DNA of 49,322 nucleotides from an uncultured Bacilli bacterium (GTDB lineage Bacteria; Bacillota_I; Bacilli_A; RF39; UBA660): NCBI GenBank assembly GCA_947626595.1, contig CANQST010000005.1, positions 1 to 49,322 of the forward strand, read 5' to 3'. Shown piece by piece: positions 10,251 to 17,080 of this stretch (position 1 is its first letter; each line of letters starts with the position of its first letter). The notes under the pieces were generated by a model. It saw only the letters and a program-made list of their open reading frames with translations, ran no database searches and was not told where the DNA came from. The position numbers and the translations under genes were made by a program.

Positions 10251-11365
10251 TCTACTTAGATTACAGTGCCACAACCCCAGTAGATAGTGAAGTGTTAGAT
10301 ACTTTTATAAAGGCTACCACTAATTATTTTGGAAATCCTAATTCTATGCATAAATTAGGAATAGATGCTAAAGCCTTAATCGATGCTAGTAGTAAACAAA
10401 TAGCTGATATATTAAATATAAAACCAAACGAAATAATTTATACTAGTGGTTCAAGTGAAGCTAACAATTTAGCTTTAAAAGGTATTTGTTATAAATATAA
10501 AAATAGAGGCCATCATATCATTACGACGAAGCTAGAGCACTCATCCATTATTGATACTATCCCTTTTTTAGAAGAAAATGGATTTACCGTTAGCTATGTT
10601 AATTTAGACAATAATGGTCTCGTTGATATAAACGATTTAAAAGAAAAAATAACAGAAGACACAATTTTAATAAGTATTGCTTCTGTTAACAGTGAAATAG
10701 GTATAAGACAGCCCATTGAGAAAATAGGGGAGATTTTAAAAGATTATCCCAAAATAATTTTTCATAGTGATATAACCCAAAGTATTGGTAAAGAAAAAAT
10801 TGATTTAACAAATGTTAATCTAGCAAGTATTTCTGCTCAAAAAATATATGGTCTAAAAGGTATAGGCTGCCTAATAAAAAAAGAGAAAATAATGTTAGAA
10901 CCACTAATTCATGGTGGTAAATCAACAACTATTTATCGGAGTGGAACTCCCGCCACTTCTTTAATAGCGTCTTTTTCTAAAGCTATGCGATTGTCATATC
11001 AAAATCTAGAAGAAAAAATAAGTCATGTTAAAGAATTATCACAGTATTTAAAAGAAAAAATATCTTTACTAGATATAGACATTAACAGTAATAGTTATTC
11101 AATACCACATATTATAAATGTTTCTATTAAAGGCATAAAACCAGAAGTAATGCTTCATGCCTTAGAAGAAAAAGAAATTTATATCTCAACTAGAACTGCT
11201 TGTAGTAAAGGTGACTATTCACTAAGTGTATTAGAAGTCTATCATGATATAAAAAGAGCATCGTCAAGTTTAAGAATTAGTATCTCCCATCTTACTAAAA
11301 AAGAAGAAATTGAACAATTTATTAAAGAATTTTCTAATCTTCTAACTTCATTAAAATTGAAATAA
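10247..11365 (+). CDS. iscS: Cysteine desulfurase (IscS/NifS family)
   Basis: IYLDYSATTP, GNPNSMH, SEANNL, SAQKIYG (PLP Lys), RSGT, STRTACS (catalytic Cys). Confidence 0.9.
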   Translation: MIYLDYSATTPVDSEVLDTFIKATTNYFGNPNSMHKLGIDAKALIDASSKQIADILNIKPNEIIYTSGSSEANNLALKGICYKYKNRGHHIITTKLEHSSIIDTIPFLEENGFTVSYVNLDNNGLVDINDLKEKITEDTILISIASVNSEIGIRQPIEKIGEILKDYPKIIFHSDITQSIGKEKIDLTNVNLASISAQKIYGLKGIGCLIKKEKIMLEPLIHGGKSTTIYRSGTPATSLIASFSKAMRLSYQNLEEKISHVKELSQYLKEKISLLDIDINSNSYSIPHIINVSIKGIKPEVMLHALEEKEIYISTRTACSKGDYSLSVLEVYHDIKRASSSLRISISHLTKKEEIEQFIKEFSNLLTSLKLK

Positions 11366-11492
11366 AACGGTATAAAATCAATAAAAAATTCCATTTTTAG
11401 ACCAAAAATAAGTGAAATTTAACAAATTGTATAAAATATTCAACTTTAAACTATAGAAAAAATATGTTACAATAACGCTAAAGAGGTGAAGT

Positions 11493-11777
11493 ATGAAAAA
11501 AGATAAGTATCCTATGGAGAAAGCCAAAATTTTACAAGAATTAGAATATGATTTAATTTGTGACTTCATAAGAATAAGAAAAGAAAAGCATTTATCACAA
11601 CAAAAGCTTGCTGATATGTCTGGAGTAATTAGAGAAAAAATTACTAAGATAGAAAATAGACTTAATTCTCCACAAATTAATTCATTAATTGAAATTCTTG
11701 AACCAATTGGCTATACATTAAAAATAGCTCCAATTAGGAAGAAAAAACAACCAAAAGAAGAAGAAAAGGTGGCATAA
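11493..11777 (+). CDS. XRE-family helix-turn-helix regulator
   Basis: RKEKHLSQQKLADMSGV...ITKIENRLNSPQINSL; RBS AGAGGTGA. Confidence 0.88.
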   Translation: MKKDKYPMEKAKILQELEYDLICDFIRIRKEKHLSQQKLADMSGVIREKITKIENRLNSPQINSLIEILEPIGYTLKIAPIRKKKQPKEEEKVA

Positions 11778-11778
11778 T

Positions 11779-11808
11779 AAAACAGGATTTAAATCCTGCT
11801 TTTATTTT
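11779..11808. terminator. Bidirectional intrinsic terminator between convergent genes
   Basis: CAGGATTT/AAATCCTG inverted repeat flanked by A and T tracts. Confidence 0.65.
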
Positions 11809-13826
11809 GCTAAAATAAATTTATAAGTAACACCATTACAACTAGTTACCGTTTTTCCTTGCGTTATACAGTTTTTATCACTTGAGTAACGACAACCAAT
11901 TGGAGAACCTGAAGTCATAGTAGTCTCCGCTTCAGCCACTATTTCAATACTTACACCAGGATAATTCTCATTAAAGAATTTCAAGAAAGCTGATTTGCAA
12001 GCATCAAATGAAGAACATTCCATATTTCTATATGCCCCAACTAAGTTATCTATTACGTAATCTTTTTTAACGCATTCTTGTTTTTGACTTTGACTAGAAG
12101 AACCACCAGAAGAGCCACCAGAAGAACTACTAGAAGAAGACGACTGTGAAGCAGCTGGTTCTTTACCTTTACTTATCATAACTGTAACCGTAGTACCTTC
12201 AGATACTTCACTACCGGCACTAATTGACTGACTAATTACATTTCCTTCTTTAACACTATTACTATACTTATATATACATGAACATTTTAAATTAAGTTTC
12301 TGTAACCTCTTTTCAGCTTCGCTTCTACTTAAGCCATCTAAAGCCGGTACTTTAATAGCTTCTCCATCAGATATAGTAACAATAATTACATCGTCATTTT
12401 TAATAACCTCACCATTTTTATAAGAATAACTTATTACTTCACCAACTTTAAAATCACTATTAAACTCATGTCTTTCTTCATATTTAATTGAATACTTATC
12501 AGCCCATGCTCTAAAATCTTCAAATGATTTAAACTTAGGCATCTTTAGACTACCCTTTGAAACAACTATTTTAACTGTTTCTCCTTGTTCAATTTTATCA
12601 CCTTTTTTATAATTAGCACTTATAACGCTATTAGCTTTTACTTTTTCGTCATATTGATCACTAAGTTCCAACTTTAATCTATTCTCAATAATCCATTCTG
12701 TTATTTTAGTAACAGACATATCAGTTAAATTAGGAACTTCAATTTCTTTACCCTTACTAAAAGTAACTTTAATAGTTTCGTCTTCTATCTTAACCATCTT
12801 TCCAGGTTCAACACTTTGCTTCATAGCTAAATTTCTCTTAATCTTATTAGAAAATTCTCTATCAAACTCATAATTAAGATGGTGCTGTTTCATATAAAAC
12901 ATAACTTCAAATTCAGTATCCTTAGTAAAATCAATTAACTTAACTTCTTCATAGCCTAATTCTTCACCATAAGAGAAAGTAATTTTCAACCCCTCATCTC
13001 TTTTTAAATTACCAGCTTTACTTTGCTCTATAACTGTATCAGGTGTCTTATCAGAAGAAACAAATTCAATTTCAACATTTGATAAGAAATTATCTTCAAC
13101 AAAATTTATAACTCTCTCGTCATTCCAAGATGTCATATCAGGAACAATTACTTCTTTACTAGGATTTGGGCCTTCACTAACCACAACAGTTAATTCTTTA
13201 ACATCATCAAGCTTACTGCCAGATTTTACATCTTGGGTAATTATTTTATATTCTGAAACCATATCACTATACTCATATTCTTGCTTCAAAGTAATATTGT
13301 TTTCCTCTGCCCACTTAACAGCCTCTGTTAAGTTTTTATTAGAAAAATCTTTAACACCACTACTAAAAGTATTAATTTCTCCTGTCGTTAAACTAGTATA
13401 AATATTTAAGCCAAAGTAACCACCTAAAAGTAGGGAAGAGATAAAAACCGTCAATTTATTCTTACTTTTAAGTCCTACCGGAACAAAGAAAATAGTAAAT
13501 AGAATTAATACTATTGGACCTATAAAACTATATATATCAAAAGAATTTCTAGATATATATAAATTTAGTCCAAAAGATGCTAATCCAACTAATAGAACAA
13601 AGCATAAAAAGAAATTTACAAAAACTTTTCTCCCTTTCTTTTCCACTTTATAATCTTCCTTCTTTATTTCTTTTTCTTCATTAATAATTTTATTCTCAGT
13701 AGGTAAAGTTTTTTCCACATCTTTTGTGGATAAAGCCTCATTACTTACTTTTTTTGGCGTAACTTTTTTCTTGCTACGATATTCTGTTTGTCTAACAACG
13801 CCAGTATCATTTTTCTTCTTTGCCAC
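11802..13826 (-). CDS. Membrane-anchored multi-PASTA-domain protein
   Basis: Three TM helices, about six PASTA-like repeats (VPDMTSW...VIEQS, VPNLTDM, VPALDG...VISQSISAG...VMISKG), Ser/Gly linker; GTG at 13826 after AGAGGTGA (ORF track starts at 13835). Confidence 0.88.
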   Translation of the reverse strand: MAKKKNDTGVVRQTEYRSKKKVTPKKVSNEALSTKDVEKTLPTENKIINEEKEIKKEDYKVEKKGRKVFVNFFLCFVLLVGLASFGLNLYISRNSFDIYSFIGPIVLILFTIFFVPVGLKSKNKLTVFISSLLLGGYFGLNIYTSLTTGEINTFSSGVKDFSNKNLTEAVKWAEENNITLKQEYEYSDMVSEYKIITQDVKSGSKLDDVKELTVVVSEGPNPSKEVIVPDMTSWNDERVINFVEDNFLSNVEIEFVSSDKTPDTVIEQSKAGNLKRDEGLKITFSYGEELGYEEVKLIDFTKDTEFEVMFYMKQHHLNYEFDREFSNKIKRNLAMKQSVEPGKMVKIEDETIKVTFSKGKEIEVPNLTDMSVTKITEWIIENRLKLELSDQYDEKVKANSVISANYKKGDKIEQGETVKIVVSKGSLKMPKFKSFEDFRAWADKYSIKYEERHEFNSDFKVGEVISYSYKNGEVIKNDDVIIVTISDGEAIKVPALDGLSRSEAEKRLQKLNLKCSCIYKYSNSVKEGNVISQSISAGSEVSEGTTVTVMISKGKEPAASQSSSSSSSSGGSSGGSSSQSQKQECVKKDYVIDNLVGAYRNMECSSFDACKSAFLKFFNENYPGVSIEIVAEAETTMTSGSPIGCRYSSDKNCITQGKTVTSCNGVTYKFILAK

Positions 13827-13963
13827 ACTAATCACCTCTACTATATAGATAATTATATAATAAATAATAAAAAATATAAATGTTAAAGAAAATAATTATG
13901 TCAAATAATGTCTAAAATAGTGTAAATAAAAATAATTGATAAAAATCTAACCTAAAAAACATC

Positions 13964-13992
13964 TTGTAATTTTAACTAATATATGGTACTAT
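13964..13992 (+). promoter_or_regulatory. Sigma-A promoter of antisense RNA copy 1
   Basis: TTGTAA-17 nt-TACTAT with TG extension; TATGGTACTAT conserved in all three copies. Confidence 0.7.
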
Positions 13993-13998
13993 GTATGT

Positions 13999-14199
13999 AG
14001 CAAGATTTTCTTGCATAAATTAAAAAGGGAACATTTAGTATGGGGCTGAATGTCCACCCTGTGTCGATATTTCACGACCTAAAGGGGTTCTATTCAACCT
14101 GGACCCCCTTTAGACCTTAATAGCTATTATTATAGCTAATAATAGTCCAAATAAGACACAAATGTATCTAAGAATTTTTATTATGAAAATTCTTTTTTT
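13999..14199 (+). ncRNA. Putative type I antitoxin antisense RNA, copy 1 (3' end uncertain)
   Basis: Own promoter; hairpins GCAAGA/TCTTGC, ACATTTAGT/GCTGAATGT, GTCG/CGAC, CTAAAGGGG/CCCCTTTAG; terminator-like AAGAATTTT/AAAATTCTT + T tract at 14170-14199; antisense to the 30-aa peptide gene. Confidence 0.6.
14021..14060 (-). terminator. Putative terminator of the peptide mRNA
   Basis: Minus strand AGGG(TG)GACATT...AATGTTCCCT followed by TTTT. Confidence 0.5.
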
Positions 14200-14202
14200 C
14201 AT
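14110..14202 (-). CDS. 30-aa hydrophobic peptide, putative type I toxin (MKKRIFIIKILRYICVLFGLLLAIIIAIKV)
   Basis: Hand-translated, below the ORF-track cutoff; strong SD AAAGGAGTGA; own promoter; basic N-terminus plus a single TM-length hydrophobic helix; covered by a convergent antisense transcription unit. Confidence 0.75.
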   Translation of the reverse strand: MKKRIFIIKILRYICVLFGLLLAIIIAIKV

Positions 14203-14269
14203 TTGCGCTTCACTCCTTTCTTACTTAAAAAGAGCAAACATCCATTAAACTAAATTATTCCCTAAAAAT

Positions 14270-14298
14270 AGTATACTATAAAGTTCCAATAAATGCAA
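14270..14298 (-). promoter_or_regulatory. Sigma-A promoter of the peptide gene
   Basis: Minus strand TTGCAT-17 nt-TATACT about 60 nt upstream of the SD. Confidence 0.7.
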
Positions 14299-14303
14299 AT
14301 TGT

Positions 14304-14375
14304 AAAGTTTCAAAAAAAGTACAATTTATACTTGCAATCTCAATTAACCTATGGTACTATATTTATAGCAAGATT
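14304..14375 (+). repeat. 72-bp promoter-containing direct repeat, copy A (copy B at 16833-16904)
   Basis: 70/72 identical; contains TTGCAA-17 nt-TACTAT and the GCAAGATT RNA start. Confidence 0.95.
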
Positions 14376-14478
14376 TTCTTGCATAAATTAAAAAGAGAAC
14401 ATTTAGTAGGTGGCTGAATGTTTACCCTTGTGTCGATATTTCACGACCTAAAGGGGTTCTATTGGGCACAGACCCCCT

Positions 14479-14529
14479 TTAGACCTTAATATCTATTGTT
14501 ATAGCTAATAATAGTCCAAATAAGACACA
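14479..14529 (-). pseudogene. 3' remnant of a second toxin-peptide copy (CVLFGLLLAITIDIKV*)
   Basis: Homologous to the C-terminal 16 aa of the 14110-14202 peptide with I>T and A>D changes; the native N-terminus and SD are missing. Confidence 0.65.
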
Positions 14530-14530
14530 A

Positions 14531-14561
14531 AAAAATCGATGACTAACAATCATCGATTTTT
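14531..14561. terminator. Bidirectional intrinsic terminator
   Basis: AAAAATCGATGA-CTAACAA-TCATCGATTTTT perfect inverted repeat with A/T tails on both sides. Confidence 0.8.
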
Positions 14562-14841
14562 CAATATATCAGCTAAATACAGCTCATCCTTATTATGCTT
14601 CTTGTACGTTTTGTATTTTTTAATATTACTAATTAAGTTTTTAACATTGTCTCCACCATAATATTCAGCCAAAAAGTTAGATGACTGGTCATACTTTTTT
14701 CCGTTATACTCAATATTTTTTTTTAGCAAAGACTTTTGGAGATTGAAAACTTTTAACTTTTTCGTATTTCTTTTCCATTCCTTCATTTAATATCAATAAT
14801 ATTTCTTCATTTTGTCCTTCACACATTAACAATATTTTCAT
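14550..14841 (-). pseudogene. Frameshifted partner of the ABC-type ATPase (RloB/TOPRIM-like N-terminus)
   Basis: ATG coupled to the ATPase stop (TAATG) gives MKILLMCEGQNEE...; this frame stops at 14710 after an A9 run (14716-14724); removing one A fuses it to the C-terminal part of the 78-aa ORF to give 96 aa. Confidence 0.7.
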
Positions 14842-15977
14842 TACATTAGTTCCTTTTTAAAGTTCATTAATGCATCATAGCTTACATTAGTGTTAAATTC
14901 ATTATTATAGAATTTATTGCTTTTGGACAATTCAGACCTAAATTTATAATTTTCGTGCATATTTTCTAATACAATTGCATCATTATATTTGCTTATATAA
15001 ATATTATCGCTTCTACTAAACAAATCAAGTATTTCACAATAATGTGTTGTAAAAATTAAAGTAGCATTATTTTTATTAACAGATTTATCTTTATAAAGGT
15101 TAACTAAATTTTCTACTAAAGTCTTATGGAAATGATTTTCTATCTCATCAATTATTAAATCGGCACCAGTTCTTAATGAATACACAACAAAAGTGAATAG
15201 CCCAAATCCTTTAGTTGTACCACTAGATAATATTTCATATAGTTCAGTTCTTGAAACTTCTTTAGTAAGACCATTTGTATAAAAGATTTTATACTTATTA
15301 TCATTCAACATTTTTATATTTTCTAAGTGTTCGTCAAACATTTTTAATAATGAAGTTATAATTTTCAAATTATCGTTTAATAACTTATATAAGTTAAATG
15401 CTTGTGCATAATCTTTATATACATAATCATCACTTGGGCAATATATTCCTCTAAGAGTAATGTCTTTTAATATCAAATATATCATTGAAGTATCTTCTGG
15501 CAGTTTTATATTTAACTGTACTTCTTCAAATTTATCATAATTAAATAATTCTCTTGCATGAGCCTTCTTATATTCTCTTTTGTATAAATGTTCTTCTCTG
15601 AAAAAAATTGATGTGTTATCCATTGAATTTTTATTTCTTTCTAAAGTCGTCAAGTATCTATATATAATTCCATCATTATAAAAAGTAATATCTAATTTCA
15701 ATGGACTATCAATAAATTTAAAAATATTTTTTGAACTATTAATTCTATAATTAGAAAAAATATCATATATTATAGACAATAATTCAACAACAGTAGTCTT
15801 TCCAGATGCATTTTTCCCAATTATTCCCAATGTAGTAAAAACGTATAATTCATTATCTATTTCTTCTAACTCAAATTCTTTATCAGCTGCCGTTTTATTT
15901 CCTGTTGGCACAAAAGACATTGTAAAATTTTTTTCACATAATTTAAAACCATCCGCAACAATTCTTAATAATTTCAT
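14841..15977 (-). CDS. ABC/AAA_21-type ATPase (RloA/AbiEii-like, defence-associated)
   Basis: Walker A GKNASGKTT, signature LSSGT, Walker B LIIDEIENHFH, H-loop FTTHY; no TM partner; RBS AGGAGG. Confidence 0.88.
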   Translation of the reverse strand: MKLLRIVADGFKLCEKNFTMSFVPTGNKTAADKEFELEEIDNELYVFTTLGIIGKNASGKTTVVELLSIIYDIFSNYRINSSKNIFKFIDSPLKLDITFYNDGIIYRYLTTLERNKNSMDNTSIFFREEHLYKREYKKAHARELFNYDKFEEVQLNIKLPEDTSMIYLILKDITLRGIYCPSDDYVYKDYAQAFNLYKLLNDNLKIITSLLKMFDEHLENIKMLNDNKYKIFYTNGLTKEVSRTELYEILSSGTTKGFGLFTFVVYSLRTGADLIIDEIENHFHKTLVENLVNLYKDKSVNKNNATLIFTTHYCEILDLFSRSDNIYISKYNDAIVLENMHENYKFRSELSKSNKFYNNEFNTNVSYDALMNFKKELM

Positions 15978-16156
15978 TTTCTAGCCTCCTCATATAACAA
16001 TTATATCATAATTTTCACAAAAAAACATTTTTTTTGGTTTTTTAACATTTTTTTGCTATATAATACGCAATTTTTAAGAAAAAATCAAGCATTTTTAGTA
16101 TTATATGTAAAATTGTTAATATGATACATTCTTATATTAATATAACTAGTAAAAGT

Positions 16157-16780
16157 CTAATCTTCAGATCTGTCAAAGTGTTCCTGTAGTTTACCGTTTT
16201 TCATTCTTACATATTTTTGAATTATATTTTTATAATTAATGACAAAACCTTCAACATTTCTATTAACTTTTTTTAAATACTTTTCGTATATACTATCAAG
16301 ATGATCTTTAGTAGGTAAAACGTTTAATTCAACTACTTCTGGAACTATTCCAATAAAGTTTGGCAGTTTTTCATAATTAAATGTATAGTTAAACAAAGAA
16401 TGGTCATAGATTATATTATATAAGTTAAAATCCTTATCTATATTTGCTTTAGCAAACATATAAAATTTCTTATCAAACTCATCTATTGTATACTTCAATT
16501 TTCCCATGCCTAACCATTCACCACATAAAACACTACCTTCATGAATATTATCTAATGCATCGCCATTTACACTTAACCATTCATATAATCCTTTGTATAA
16601 AATAGTTTTAACACTTTCAAGCTCATCAATAGGAAAAATGTTTTTTCTTTGAGCAATATACAAAGTATTATCTTTTTTGAAAAAACATATATTACTACCA
16701 TCAAGTTTTTCAGTAATATAGACTTTTTCTCCCTTACATTTTATTCTCTCTGTTTTTGGATATATTTCTTTTTTTATCAT
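16157..16780 (-). CDS. ATP-dependent RNA ligase family protein (Rnl2-like nucleotidyltransferase domain)
   Basis: YPKT, motif I TEKLDGSN, AQR, GEW, EGFVI, terminal K; ATG 16780 after AGGAGGAG (ORF-track start at 16879 runs through promoters). Confidence 0.82.
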   Translation of the reverse strand: MIKKEIYPKTERIKCKGEKVYITEKLDGSNICFFKKDNTLYIAQRKNIFPIDELESVKTILYKGLYEWLSVNGDALDNIHEGSVLCGEWLGMGKLKYTIDEFDKKFYMFAKANIDKDFNLYNIIYDHSLFNYTFNYEKLPNFIGIVPEVVELNVLPTKDHLDSIYEKYLKKVNRNVEGFVINYKNIIQKYVRMKNGKLQEHFDRSED

Positions 16781-16799
16781 AATTCTCCTCCTTAAAAAT

Positions 16800-16828
16800 A
16801 GTATATAATAAAACACTTGTAATTGCAA
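16800..16828 (-). promoter_or_regulatory. Promoter of the RNA ligase gene, homologous to the peptide promoter
   Basis: Minus strand TTGCAA-17 nt-TATACT; shares TAAAAATAGTATA (16793-16805) with 14263-14275. Confidence 0.7.
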
Positions 16829-16832
16829 GAAA

Positions 16833-16904
16833 AAAGTTTCAAAAAAAGTACAATTTATACTTGCAATCTCAATTAACATATGGTACTATATTTATGGCAA
16901 GATT
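16833..16904 (+). repeat. 72-bp promoter-containing direct repeat, copy B
   Basis: 70/72 identical to 14304-14375. Confidence 0.95.
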
Positions 16905-17005
16905 ATAATTCTTGCTAAAAGTTCAGTTTACCCTGAATTAAACCCCTTAACCGGGATAGATATCGTATTAGAGTATGTTTGGGTTCAATCATACTCTTTC
17001 TTTTT
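16896..17005 (+). ncRNA. Putative ~110-nt small RNA (third, divergent unit)
   Basis: Same promoter; 5' hairpin GCAAGA/TCTTGC, GTTCAG/CTGAAT hairpin, terminator AGAGTATG/CATACTCT + T tract; no ORF. Confidence 0.55.
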
Positions 17006-17080
17006 CCAAATAATTTAATTTACTATTAACATTTTAATTGGTATAATTTATATATAAGAACTTGGAAAGAAGAGGTAAGT

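Larger units (their letters stand above)
14000..14530 (+). repeat. Two ~163-nt direct repeats (14000-14161 and 14368-14530)
   Basis: Manual alignment shows about 14 differences (~91% identity), clustered in hairpin loops. Confidence 0.95.
14367..14561 (+). ncRNA. Putative antitoxin-like RNA, copy 2
   Basis: Promoter at 14332-14360; ~91% identical to copy 1 with mostly pairing-compatible stem changes; ends at a strong terminator. Confidence 0.55.

Noticed and set aside
14040-14120. Plus-strand 26-codon ORF MGLNVHPVSIFHDLKGFYSTWTPFRP in repeat copy 1
   Set aside because: Copy 2 has AGG instead of ATG and a 1-nt indel, so coding is not conserved
14550-14786. 78-aa ORF as an independent gene
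   Set aside because: Better explained as the out-of-frame 3' part of the gene starting at 14841
16781-16879. N-terminal extension of the RNA ligase ORF in the track
   Set aside because: It runs through the duplicated promoter block; a strong RBS precedes ATG 16780
16916-16993. Minus-strand mini-ORF MIEPKHTLIRYLSRLRGLIQGKLNF opposite the third sRNA
   Set aside because: Not hydrophobic, weak SD and no similarity to the 30-aa peptide
13964-17005. Repeats as a CRISPR array, IS/MITE ends or retron ncRNA
   Set aside because: Units are too long and irregularly spaced; no cas, transposase or reverse transcriptase gene and no terminal inverted repeats or target duplications seen
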